NCBI RefSeq assembly: GCF_009914755.1
Contig: NC_060929.1
Origin: the human T2T-CHM13v2.0 reference genome, Homo sapiens
DNA: 64,000 bases
Strand: one strand, 5' to 3'
Shown: positions 11,423 through 24,254 of the stretch, one piece after another
How the letters are laid out: the number at the start of each line of letters is the position of its first letter
Numbering within the stretch: position 1 is the first letter of the stretch
Notes under the pieces: generated by a model
The model's input: the letters and a program-made list of their open reading frames with translations, nothing else
Told to the model about the DNA's origin: nothing
The model's database searches: none
Translations under genes and position numbers: made by a program

Positions 11423-14400
11423 CAGTAGATTGCCAAGGAATAATCAGATTAGAAAACTACAATTTGGGAACCACAATAGTAATAATTGATTCAGACAAGA
11501 ATCATCCTTGGTGCTAAAACTGACCGGTGAAATTGTAATGAGGAATACAACATTACATAGTCTCAATGCATCTCCTCAAAATATTCTTATGAATTCATAA
11601 GTACAACATACTTGTTAATTAAATTTTCACTGGAGAGCCTTCATAAACCTCATCTTCACCAAGTTAATCAGAGTTAACAGCACCATTAATGGGAGAGTTG
11701 ACATATGTGATGTGATTCACTGAGGAGAGCATGACATCACTTCTGGGGCATTCCTGCCAAAAATTTATAAATCATGAGGAATCATCAGACAAATCTAAAT
11801 AGACATTCTACAAAGTAATTGATCTATGCTCTTCAAAAATGTGAAGATTTTAAAAGTTAATAAAAGACTGAGAAACTATTTCTTATTGAAAGAGGCCAAG
11901 GACATGACAACTAAATACAATGCATGATCTTGAATTGGATCCTGAGATCAAAAAGAACATTATTGGAACAACTAAACAAATTTTAAAATAGTCTATAGAT
12001 TTCATGGTAATATTGTAATTTCTTGATTTTGATTATTTTGCTGTGATTGTGAAAGTACATTATCATTATAATTAAGAAATAAACACTATTCAAAAATTAA
12101 GAAATAAGACAGGAATCCAAGGAGAGTAAAACTTGAGGGACAGTGAAATTCCTGGCTCTCTGTCTCTGATCTTTATGTTGGGGACAACCTTGTCTGTCTC
12201 AATATAGAAATCTTCCTACTCAGGGGAGCTAAAGACCAAGTACCTGCATTTGGACAAGTGGGTATGGAGGAGGCAATGTGCTAGAACTGGAATAAGTAGT
12301 CATGGAAGGCACATGCTAAGGCACATGCTCCTTTGAAAAACATGTATATGCAGCATGTATCACCCCACCCCCCCAAAATGGCACTTTTAATACTATAACA
12401 TCTACAATGACTTATAATGAATAAGCTTTCACTTTAAATCTGAAGGCCATGTGCATTCTCAATGTCCTCATATAACTCATATTTGAATAATAAGCATAAG
12501 AAAGTACAAGAAATGACTATTCCAGAAGGAATTTCAGAATAATGATTGCTTAGGTCTTTTCTTCCTCTGAAAACAATATGGTAGTCAAGCCGAGGGTAAG
12601 TAGTAAAGATAAGGTAGACAAAACAGCCCCAGAACACAGAATCCCAGGAAATATGAATTGACCTAAAAGACAAATAAAAAGGTGACTTTGAAGGTGTTCC
12701 TGCAGGAAGCAGGAACAGGGACTAACTTGCAAGGTCATCCTGGGCCTATGGCTTTGTCTGCTGTGGCCAACACCTCCTCACGTGGACTACCCTGAGAGAG
12801 ATTGCTACGGTCTACCATTTTGTGAAGAAGTAACTGTAAAACTGTTACCAAATCCTAACACCATCAAAATGTGACCTCCAAAGAGGGACCATGAAATCAA
12901 ATTGTTTTATTTCCAATTGTAAAGTAAATATTTTCAAGCAACCCATCTGAATGTTAAGATATACCCAAACAAAATGGTTGTAGAAAGAAATCCACAGAAG
13001 ATGTTCTTTCCTAAGCAATGATAGCCAAAGGTCCCTGGCTTTGCCTGGTGCAATGAAGCCACCATGAGCTCATTGCCACTCTTTGCCTCTAAACCAGAGG
13101 TTCACTAACCAGGAACACTGGGGCCCAATCAGGCCCTTCATTTTCCTTTCATGCAGTTTTATTATGAAAATTATTGCTCCAACTCCCCAATGTCGTTCAC
13201 CTGGTTCTGAGCAACCAGCGAACTGAGTTAGAAATTATCTGTGAAATGCCAGTAGTATGAACAGATAAGAGACACTGTTTCCTGCAACAAACATTATCTT
13301 GATTGGTTGCATAAATTTATTCAAAAAATCTGGGCAGAGTAAATTCAGTTGAAATTTATATCCCAACGAACATTAGAAATTGTAAAGAGAAATTTCATAC
13401 TGGAAGGAATATCATTTACTTTTATCTACTCTTCTCCATTAGTGACATAGTTTCTGAATTTAGAAACCAAATTATCACAGATAGACAAATTACCCACTGG
13501 CTAAAATAATAAGGATAATTTTTTGTGCATCATTGTTAACAGCTTAGACCTGATAATCTTAATGAACAGTTTTCTTAATGGTGCCTGTTACTAACTGCAA
13601 GAAGTATAATAGACCTCATATACTATGAGTGTTTAATAAATATTAATTACAGTTACTACTTAAAATGAAGCTAATGTTCTCATTTTAATGGCTACCTTCC
13701 CTATTCTAAGAACATAAGAACAGGGAAATACAATGCCTTTATGAAAATATTCCTAACTAAATTTGGCTTGAATCTAATTTGAATCTAATCATACTCGCTT
13801 CCCAAAACAGGGAGAAATCCTTGAATGCTAAACTTCCATAACAACTACCCACCAACATATAATATTACATAAAATTTCAAAGTAACTATTATTTTAATAA
13901 CTTTAATGTTTGTTGAATTTATTTTCATTTTTATTATCAGTTTAAAAAGTTAATTTGCAATACAATTTTCAGGATCATGCTTGGGCTATGATAGATATAA
14001 GATGATGCTTTTGTCTGTCCTAACTAGTCCTTGAGGACAGCTTGCTACTTACTGCCCCTTTGAACAGCAGGAAGAACTAAGAACACAGTTGTTCTGATTT
14101 ATAATGTCAAAACACAAAGGAAGAATGTTATTTAGAAAAAAAAGTTTTTAAAGAGCTAGTCTAATTAAATAGGGGATTGCATGTGATGAAATATAGACAT
14201 TCTCTTTGGATGAAGACACTTTGGTTCTAAAAGCCAACAAAGTGTCAAATAGAGTAGAAGGGCTCCATTCTGCATGTTAGTCTGGGCGTTCTTGTTAACA
14301 CTGGAAATACGTTCGTGAGGGATAAAGGAAAGTATTTCTTATCCTTTGTTTTCTACATACAAGATGTAGATAATTTTTACAGGGCACAGATGATGGGCTA

Positions 14401-14743
14401 CTATCTTTCATAACATAAAACACAAATTCAAACATCTTTTTCAAAATTGTCAGTTATGGGCTTGCTATTTCCAATGTTAAAATAAATGGGTAGATTTTAT
14501 TCTTATGAGGTAAATACAACCAGAAATACGAAAGCCTTCTCCAGTCTGCACTGAAACAGAGAAATTGAACCATAAGTAAGTTGTAGAGATATTAATAAAG
14601 GACTGGTAAGTGGAGGTATTAGAGAATGAGTGATTGAGAGATTAGTGAGATAGAAAGAAGTGATGGTTTGCAGAGATAATTCCAGATGAAGGTAGGGGTT
14701 CTGATTACATGTCCTGAAGAATGACATTCTGAAAAAAAAAAAA

Positions 14744-14862
14744 GATGAGTTGATGGGTGCAGCACACCAACATGGCACATGTATACATATGTAACTAACC
14801 TGCACGTTGTGCATATGTACCCTAAAACTTAAAGTATAATAAAAATATATATATATATAAAA
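14744..14862 (+). mobile_element. Short L1PA 3'-end fragment
   Basis: GATGAGTTGATGGGTGCAGCACACCAACATGGCACATGTATACATATGTAACTAACCTGCAC...CCTAAAACTTAAAGTATAATAAAAA. Confidence 0.9.
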
Positions 14863-15617
14863 ACTTGGAACTTTGAGAAGATAGTTTAATCAAATTTTAA
14901 GGCTAATTGAAGGAAAAAGGAAAAAGAATGGGAGAACAGTTACCTTGAAATAGTGGATTAAGATATTACATACCCAAAATATAAAAAAGGCAATATGAGA
15001 GAATGTTTGTAAGAAACTTTGGCAGCTCAGGATTCAGCTGGAACCTAGAAAAGAAATTACAGATAAACTGAACATTGTGCCTAAACAAAAAGGATTCTTA
15101 CCACTGCAAGTTATAGATTATAAGACAGTTCCATGGGACCAAGACTTAGGAAAAAATAAATATATCCAGAGGAAGCTAGTAAATTTAAAGGATTGTTACA
15201 GGAAGATTCTGAGCACACGTGTTCTCATCTTTGGGGAAAAATTTCCCTTCCCTTAGCACACATGTACTCATGCATACACACTCACATACACACACACGCA
15301 CACACACGGACTCAATCACAAACACACATTGAAATTTAGCTAAAATTGAACACAGAGAATCTTGACCAGAGTCACTTTCAGACACTTCTCTTTAATGAAA
15401 GACTTTAGATATCTCTTCTGTCAAGAGGTCAAATGTCACAAGGGCAGATTATTACATGTTTATTTTAAAAAAGCTAATATTAAATAATTTGAATCAGTTA
15501 TCCTTGAAGAAATACATCTCTTTAATAAAGTTAATCATGCCAAACTAAAAAACAAAAAAATGAGTAATTTTTTCATATTTTTTCTTGTCTCTATTTTCAC
15601 CATCAAATTTTTTACTC

Positions 15618-15918
<301 letters not shown>

Positions 15919-16431
15919 TCACTTGCGTCAGCTTTGTGAGAAAACTGAATCAGAACTTTTACAACATCTATGCCTCTCGTCAATAAACTTCTGCTATAAC
16001 ATCTGACTTAATTATATACAGAAAGATCCATTATCATCACAATACTTTGGTATACTTCAAAGTCAAATCATTTTTTCAGGAAGGAAAAATTTATGACATA
16101 AGTAGACTTTGGACCCTATTTTGTCCAAATCTTTCAAAAACTAAGAAACATTTTTCTCAAGGGGAAAAGGAGAGAAGTTTTTATATGTTGCTTTATGCAG
16201 TTTCCATTTTGAATTCTCTTTTTGGAAGTTAATATCTTAACTAAATTGCCTAAGAATTTGCCCCAATACAGTTAAGGTTTATATATTTCAACAAAGACTC
16301 TGCTCATAATCAAGGCATGCTATCAAAGATATAAGAAAGAAGATTGACAGTTGGCATACATTGTAGGGAATTAGTGCAAATCAAGGAGAGTAAGAAAGCT
16401 AAATCCAAGAAGGTTCCATGTTGGAGTAATC

Positions 16432-17000
16432 CCATTAATTCATTCAAGCAACATTTACTGAGAGCACTTATTATATGCTGGGCATTGTGATAGGCACAGA
16501 ATACATAAAGACAAATAAGCCATTCCATATGCCTTCCTAAAGTTCAGACTTTGCTAGGGAAAACGGACAAGTAAAACAGTAACTACAAATTAATATGATC
16601 ATTGTTTGGATTGAAGAAAGATTTCCTGGATGCCTTGATACTTGAAAGATAAGAACCAAGTAACTACATCAAAAAGAGAGATAGGTTCTCCAGACAATGA
16701 TAGCAACATATAAAATGGTATGGAGGTATAAAACTTGATACATTTGAAAAATTGGATTGCGGAGCAAGGAAAGAGAGCAGGGAGTGGGGAGGTCAGGTAA
16801 GGAAGTAGAAACATCAGTCTTATATAATAAACCAAGGAGTTTGAACTGAATTGCACTACCAGAAACTGAGGGAAATTATTGGAGAATTAAACAAGCAGTG
16901 ACTTGAGCAAATTTTCATTTTAGATTCTTCACTTGGCAAGCAATATGGAGGATGAATTAACAGGTAGAAAGCATAAAGAAAGTTAAGCCAGAGTGAGGTA
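16432..17000 (-). mobile_element. L2 3' region
   Basis: TTCATTCAAGCAACATTTACTGAGAGCACTTATTATATGCTGGGCATTGTGATAGGCAC... followed by a purine-rich L2 body. Confidence 0.7.
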
Positions 17001-17123
17001 TGTCGGCATGGCCAGTGACAGGGCAAGAAACTAAGTTCATTTACTGGATGCTTTTCAATTGAATGAGCTCAAATCAGAAGCTAGATGGGATAAATAGGCT
17101 CAAAACATACCATCACCCTGTCA

Positions 17124-17526
<403 letters not shown>

Positions 17527-17529
17527 GAA

Positions 17530-17700
17530 TGAAACATTCTAATTGGCCAAGCTTAGTACTCACCTCCATGGCCATCAGGTACCGTGATAGGGAAGCCCAA
17601 AAACACCTGTAAATGTAGTGTTACCTAAAAGAAGGTGGGTGTACTAGAAGCAGAAAGAGGAAAATATTTTGTACAGACAGAAATAGCAAATATCCACTAT
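17530..17700. mobile_element. MLT1 (K/L-like) MaLR LTR fragment
   Basis: TTCTAATTGGCC...AGAAGCAGAAAGAGGAAAAT...GCAAATATCCACTAT resembles an old MLT1 terminus. Confidence 0.4.
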
Positions 17701-17769
17701 GGTTTAGCAGCTAGATGGAAACCAACAAGGACATGAACTAACTTGAGGAATTGTTGACTAAAGAAAAAA

Positions 17770-18135
17770 AACAGAACTAGGAGATATTAGGAAGCAAAAT
17801 TGACAAGACTTGGCAAGTGGCTGATAGGATTGTGGGTATTCAGTTTCTAAACAGATGGTATAACATTCAAATTTTCTGTCAGAAATAGAAATTGTGCAAA
17901 GAGCAGAAACCTAAATGGAATACACCCATCACAAAAATGTAAGTGTGCCTGATATTTCGTTTAACAGATACAGCAATTAAAAGAAAGATTGGGGAGGAGG
18001 TGAGAAAGAGAGAAGTTAGAGATAATTCCTGGTTATCTGACTGGACCTGCTGAGTGGAGAGTGGTGCCATCCACCAGAGTAGGAAATAAACAATTGTTGG
18101 CACAGATGATCTATTCAGTTTTGGCTGTGTCTGGA
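17770..18135 (-). mobile_element. L2 fragments
   Basis: AAAATTGACAAGACTTGGCAAGTGGCTG; GAAGTTAGAGATAATTCCTGG...GTGGTGCCATCCACC...TTCAGTTTTGGCTGTG. Confidence 0.55.
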
Positions 18136-18224
18136 ACATTTTCAGAAATATAATACATCATCACAAAAGAGAATAGCAAGGAATCGATGCCAAACCATCA
18201 TTCTGTAAAGCATCCTGATGCAGT

Positions 18225-18395
18225 AGTTTCAGAGCCAGACAAACCTGAATTTGGATCCAGAAGCCCTGCTGTATAGTTGTGTGACTCTAAGTAAGTTCAC
18301 TGTCAACTGGTTCCTCAAATAAAATGGGGAGAATTACAACACCTACATCATAGATAATGTATATTGCCTGGCATGTGGAAAGAATTCAATAAATC
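18225..18395 (+). mobile_element. MIR
   Basis: AGAGCCAGACAAACCTGAATTTGGATCC...GTTGTGTGACTCTAAGTAAGTT...TAAAATGGGGA...TGCCTGGCATGTGG...TTCAATAAAT. Confidence 0.7.
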
Positions 18396-19589
18396 CAAGT
18401 TCTCCTCTGAGTGGCACCCTGAGGAATTAATTATCAAAGATTAAGTACCAATTCAGAGTGCAAAGAGAAATATTTATCCAGTTCATACTCTATCCCAGGC
18501 CTTCTGAGTATATAATATTATATAAGAGAGAGAACACTTGTAAATTCAAGGAGTTTGCGCTCTGCTTAGGATTAATGGACAAGTAAGATAATTTCAGAAT
18601 GTGGAAATTATCTTGAAAGAAATAAACAGAGTGACATGATAAAGAGAAACTGCAGTGGTCTCTATTGATTGCCAGGTTGATTGGCTTGGGCTTTTTCATA
18701 CTGGAGAAGGCAGAGTCTTAACTATATTAAAATGACGTCTATTCCAAACATGGGTTTTCCTTCCCTGTGTATAGACTCTCACCATGAGAACTACCATCCA
18801 AGGGCTTACAGAATGCCTGACTGATCTGTGTAGAATCTCCTACAATATTGCCTTAGACCAAATTATAACATTTTATGGCAGGGTAGGGGGGAGTACAGGA
18901 ATAGGAAAGTGACAGAATCCCCCTGCCCCACTATTGATCATGCCACTCTGAAACAGTAATGTAATGGGCTACTATAAGCTCAGGTATGTATAAGCTTGAG
19001 GACAATACCCTTCAGAACTCAGGAATATTCTTCAGGATATAGTATATACATTCAATCAACAACTGACATATATTAGTGCATCCTCAACAGCTAGAATACA
19101 TAAATCCAGAAACCAAGGTGTAGAAGCGTGGTAGGTCTTCATGCCATCACTCAGAATGAACCAGTTGCACAAGGTGTGCTTCTCATCCCTGAAACCTTAG
19201 GTTCTGCCAGATAAGGGGTCCTGATTTCCAAAAAGAGAATTTTGCATTGAGAATAATTCCACTGTAAGAGTTCCATCAACTTGAAGGCGCAACTACCACC
19301 TGTTTATTTGTTACTACCTGTGCCAGTGGAAAAATAGAAAAAGAATATAGTTCCTATTTATCAACATTGATAGATTTAAATTACTATGAAGAACTAGAGT
19401 TCCTGCAACACAGTGAGAGTGAGCAAGAGTACTTGTGGAATCCTGTGGATTCACTGAGGTGGTATTTGATGCTTAGGTACCCAGTGATAATTACAACTTG
19501 GAAATTATAACACTGTGGCTTAATGAGGGGAAGACAAATGAGGACTCAGATGCCTTGCAGATGAAGGTCTGTGTTTTTTCACTAGGCAG

Positions 19590-20088
19590 ACATCTTTGTT
19601 ATCTGTTGTTATAACAGAATACCTGAGACTGGGTAGTTTATAAAGAAATGAAATTTATTTCTTACAATTCTGGAGGCTTCCTCCAGCCATTGCTTCAGGA
19701 AGAATCTTTGCACAGAGGTAGCCTGAAAGTACCTCACTTCAGCAGCACTACACTTCTTTTGTTTGCCACCCCACAGCTTCTCTGGATCTCCAAGACAGAA
19801 ATTCTGGAGGCTGGGAAGTCCAAGAACATGGCACTGTCATCTGGTCGGGGTCTTCTTGCCGCATCATTACACAATGGAAACCATCACATGGTGAGAAAGC
19901 GAGAGCATGCCGGCTCAGTTCTCTCTCTGCTTATAAAGCCACCAGTCCCATCACTGGGACCCCACCCTGATGACCTTATCTAATCCCAACAACCACCAAA
20001 GGCCCCACCTCCAAACACTATCAACTTATGAATTTGGGGATTAAGTTGCCAACACATGAAATTTTGGGAAAACATTAAAACCAAAGCA
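19590..20088 (-). mobile_element. MST (MSTD-like) MaLR solo LTR
   Basis: ATAACAGAATACCTGAGACTGGGTAGTTTATAAAGAAA...GGAAGTCCAAGA...AAAGGCCCCACCTCC...CAACACATGAA...AAACCAAAGCA. Confidence 0.85.
19681..19789 (+). repeat. 109-bp dispersed direct duplicate of 20384-20492, inserted into MST
   Basis: 108/109 identical (19713 C vs 20416 T). Flanked by duplicated AATTCTGGAGGCT (19666-19678, 19800-19812). Confidence 0.95.
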
Positions 20089-23000
20089 GCAAGCAACCCA
20101 GTGGGGAAAACTAACTGAAGCGCTTGTTGTGAGTGACAGAAATCTGGAGTAAATCATAGAGGAGAAAAATAATGACTAGCAACTAAAGTCACAAGACCAT
20201 ATATCAGGGATCATAAATTTTTCCACAAACTTTCCTGTCATAAGTCTTTTATAGCGATTTTGGCTAGTCATAATGCTGAAGATTCTGTGACTGATTAGAC
20301 ATAGAAGAACACGAACAGATATGAGCAGGCCAAGGGGTAAACACTTCTTGTGCCCCACCTCACATTTTCTCAGTCACTTTTTACTCCAGCCATTGCTTCA
20401 GGAAGAATCTTTGCATAGAGGTAGCCTGAAAGTACCTCACTTCAGCAGCACTACACTTCTTTTGTTTGCCACCCCACAGCTTCTCTGGATCTACAATATA
20501 GGACCACTAGCAATTATACATGTGCAACTGCTTATGAGCAAATTAACATCCCATAGGACAATCTTTTTTCAAGAGGGAAGAAAGCTTGCCAATAATACCT
20601 TCCATTTCTTGTCCCTGGCAGAAGAAGAAGCCAAGGAACAAGGAGAAAATCATGTGATATAGTCCATATGATCCTCAGAGCATCCGCTGAGGATCAAGCC
20701 TAGTTGACCACGGCATTGATAAACTAACAACTACACCATTTTGAATTGGCTTTTTTTTCCCTGTTTCATTATTCCCTGTCCTACATGCCTACTTCCCCAG
20801 ATCATCTCCCCAAATAAGCTTCCTTCATATAAGCCCTCATCTCCTGCTCTGCTTTCTGATGACTTAAGCTGATATCCTACCTTTCTTCTTATTCCCCTCC
20901 TATCCTGTTACTTATAGATTATTTTTGTCTGTTCTGTGCATTACTATCCAGAGTATTGCTTGGCAAATACTTCGAAATGAAGCTTAATGTAGTGTGTGAT
21001 CTGTAATGATTACCCCATGAACTTAACCCCCATATTTTCCAGTAACTCATCAAATGTGACACAGTTCTTTATTTGGGATGACCAATTTTGTTAAATTTAA
21101 TACAAAGTGTTCTTCGTTCAAGCTGAGCAACTTAAGTAGAAGTTTTCCTTTAAAGCATGTTTTTGGATTACAGATTTTCAAATTGCTACAAAATGTACAA
21201 TGATTGAACACTGGCCTCTGATCATTCAGCTCAAAATTGAATTAAATCTTGATCATTCATATTAATTCACATGCTACTGAGAGGCTTCCTTTAAAGTCTT
21301 TGAAGTATAGCAGGTATTATCTCCAGATTATTAATGTACAAGAGAGCTCACTGTTTGCCAGTCTGTAGGCTTAACCTTACACAAATATTATTTTAATATC
21401 TGTTAATCCTTTAAGTTGAATGATTTTTTTCCTTTTCAACAGCAAAAATAAATTTACTCTTGTTCCTATGATAATGGATAACTGTTTCCCTGGACAAGGA
21501 TTTGGGAAAATGCCGATAACGGTGGTGCCAGAGTTCTTGCAGTGTTCATGCAAAAGCTTGAGGAGTACACAATATGTTGGCTTTGTATAAAGATAGCGGC
21601 TTAGGAACTGAAAGGTGTGAAATGTCTTTCCTCAGTGTTGTTTGCTCATATCCTGGAAAGACCCACAAGGTTGATAAAGCTGAGCAGTTGTTCATTGGCA
21701 GTTTTTTTTCAGGTTTCTGTTTGGAAAAGCTGTAAACTAGGCACAGAAATGGCAATATATTAGATTGCCTGAGAGAAAGCTCAAAGCACTCTCTGGGAGC
21801 ATGCCAAAAGAAACCTCTGAAGAAAAAACTGTGGGTGGCTCATTGGTGGATGAAAAAGATCCTTGAGTCAATTCCTATTGAGTACACTTTCCTTTCTCTT
21901 GTTTTGTAACCCCCCTGTGGACATCAATTATTCTCACTCCAGGCTAGAAGATTTCCCACTTTCCTGAACAAGAGGTCTTTGGAGAACTGAATGCAGATAT
22001 TTCCTTTCACTTCTGTGGCTTGAACTCTCCATAAGTTGTGTGGTCTGTGTTTCTATTATTTTTAAAATGGGAAAATAAAAGGGTAAACTGCAATAAGACC
22101 TACCAAGGTGCCAAATAAATTCAAAATAACTTTGCAATTGCAGTTTCTTCAACTAAAACACCTCCATACATTGAAATTAGAGTCTTTACTCTTTCAAGCA
22201 CAGCTGTGGTTGGAGAAGTTTGTGTAATCCCTCTTGATTATGTGAGAAGTGGGCAATTGAAAAGACAACTGCAGGGAGGTCAGAACCCCAAAATCAGTAA
22301 TGGCCCAATCTGACTGTCATTAGTGATGAAAAAGCACCAATGAAAAATCCTTTACTAATAGTCATGCTGTCTTTTTACAATCTATTCTTAAATTAGTCAT
22401 TATTTTGGAAGCAAAGTAGTTACCGGGGTGATTTTGAAGAGGAGTCTCAGTATGCTTAATGGAAAGTTTGCCCTTATAAGATGACTTGGGACAATAGATT
22501 TGTTCAAATTGCTATGAAATCTAGAGAACTCTTGAACATGGACCTTTGAATCTTCATGTTGAAATCTATTTGTCAAATTGTTCAAATACTATTACAAGAT
22601 TATGGTTTCCTGATATTTTCTTTCCCCCCCAAAAAATTTCAAGACTATATGAACATCTAACTTAAACAAGTTTGTATGTATTTATTATTGGGGAAACGTG
22701 TATTTTAAAATACATTTTATTACAGAGTACTGGGTAATACTATTATTTTTTATCTTCGAACCTAAAACAACATGCCAATAGGCACGCTAAGAGCCAATTT
22801 ATGACCAGCAAAAAAAAAAAAAAAAAAAAAGCGAAATAGGGAATCTATGGCTTATTTTAAGTTTATTTTTTGAGAAACAAGTTCGATGAAAATTACTTGG
22901 GGCAACTGAGTTTTGAACATAGTGTCATGTATCCCACGGCAGGCTCCCAGGTGCACGTACAGCAACTCTCAGCTCCCTATTAGCCTGAATCTCTTCCTCC

Positions 23001-23469
23001 AGCTCACTGCTGAATTCCTATAGAGCCACAGTGCCTACCACATCAGGAGGTACACAGCCACCAGCAACATGCTAGGCTGGGAAAAGATAGAAAACCCTTT
23101 CCATAGTTTACATAGAGATGAGCAGGGATTTCAATGGTTTCTGTTGTGTTATTTCTCAAGTATTAGATGTTTATAAAGATGAGTCCAAGTATTGCATGTG
23201 TGTAAAGAAAAATAATCACCCAAAATCTACTATGTATTACCTAAAAAATAACAATGGATTAATATTTTGAGCTATATAACTCCAATACATTCAAGAATTT
23301 TTTGTAAATATGCATAACAGGTACATCTATATATCTATCTATACATCATTCAAAACTTGTTTCATTCAATGCATATTATACTGTTTCTTTTTATTACTCA
23401 ACTTTATATCTGAAATATGTGTATGTTAACAAATAAATATACAATTACTTTATTACTTATATTGGAGAA

Positions 23470-23722
23470 GTTGTACTTCATAGTATTTGAACATAAGCTC
23501 TGGAATAGGACTACTTAAGTTGAACCCGAGTCTTATTGACCAATTGTGTGATCTTGTGCAAGATCATTAAACACCTTGACCCTCAATTTCCTCACATATA
23601 GAATGATTATTATAATAGTATCTATCTTATAGGGTTGTAGCAAAGATTAAATGAGTCAATATATGTAAAGAAGTTATAAGAATGCCTAGCACACAGTGAA
23701 TATTCAGTAAATGTCAGTTACC
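23470..23722 (+). mobile_element. MIR (near full length)
   Basis: GCTCTGGAATAGGACT...TGTGTGATCTTGTGCAAG...CTCAATTTCCTCACATATAGAATG...AGGGTTGTAGCAAAGATTAAATGAG...TGCCTAGCACACAGT. Confidence 0.85.
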
Positions 23723-23765
23723 ATTTTTAAAGCTTTATAGTATTTCATTGTGTAAGTGTACAATT

Positions 23766-23906
23766 TATGTATGTATATAGATATTATTACTGTTTTTAAT
23801 AGCAAACATTTGTAAATGAGGTATAATGACAATACCTCATACCTCATACCTCATTTACAAATGTTTGCTATTAAAAACACAGTAATAATATCTATATATA
23901 TACATA
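23766..23906. repeat. ~60-bp near-perfect inverted repeat with a 21-nt spacer
   Basis: 23766-23824 is the reverse complement of 23846-23906 apart from a 2-nt indel and one mismatch. ATACCTC occurs three times at the loop. Confidence 0.95.
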
Positions 23907-23997
23907 TTTTCATATGTTTCTGACTTATTTTGGAGGGGAATAATTTTACAGAGGTAGAATTTCTCAGTCAAATGCTGTACACATTCATGTGTCTTTT

Positions 23998-24254
23998 TTT
24001 TAGTGTTTTATTTTTATTTTTATTTTTTACTATTATATTTTAAGTTCTAGGGTACATGCTCACAATGTGCAGGTTTGTTACATATGTATACATGTGCCAT
24101 GTTGGTGTGCTGTACCCATTAACTCATCATTTACATTAGGTATATCTCCTAATGCTATCCTTCCCCCGACCCCACGACAGGCCCTGGTGTGTGATGTTCC
24201 CCTTCCTGTGTCCAAGTGTTCTCATTGCTCAGTTCCCACCTATGAGTGAGAACA
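23998..24254 (-). mobile_element. 5'-truncated L1PA (PA5-7-like) 3' end
   Basis: L1PA 3'UTR on the minus strand. Perfect 17-bp TSD ACATTCATGTGTCTTTT (23981-23997, 24252-24268). Confidence 0.93.

Larger units (their letters stand above)
10140..12080 (+). mobile_element. Old L1 (L1MC4-like) 3' region, split by the SUMO1 retrocopy
   Basis: AATGAGCACACCTAGCACTCAGAAAATGGTTTCTAAAT...; ACATCACTTCTGGGGCATTCCTGCCAAAAAT...ACATGACAACTAAATACAATGCATGATCTTGAATTGGATCCTG. The two halves rejoin across TSD AGTAGATTGCCAA. Confidence 0.7.
18560..20875 (+). mobile_element. Ancient ERVL-class internal sequence (HERV16/ERV3-16A3-like) and LTR16/LTR33-like LTR, interrupted by MST
   Basis: Decayed integrase-like DNA (CATGGGTTTTCCTTCCCTG...ACCATCCAAGGGCTTACAGAATGCCTGA). 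LTR-like 3' end TCCCCAAATAAGCTTCC...CATCTCCTGCTCTGCTTTCTG...TTAAGCTGATA. Confidence 0.55.

Noticed and set aside
12307-12330. 12-bp tandem AAGGCACATGCT, two copies
   Set aside because: An ordinary slippage duplication.
19648-20662. Two ORFs sharing LQPLLQEESLHRGSLKVPHFSSTTLLLFATPQLLWI as paralogous genes
   Set aside because: The shared peptide is just the 109-bp DNA duplication read in the same frame within LTR-derived DNA.
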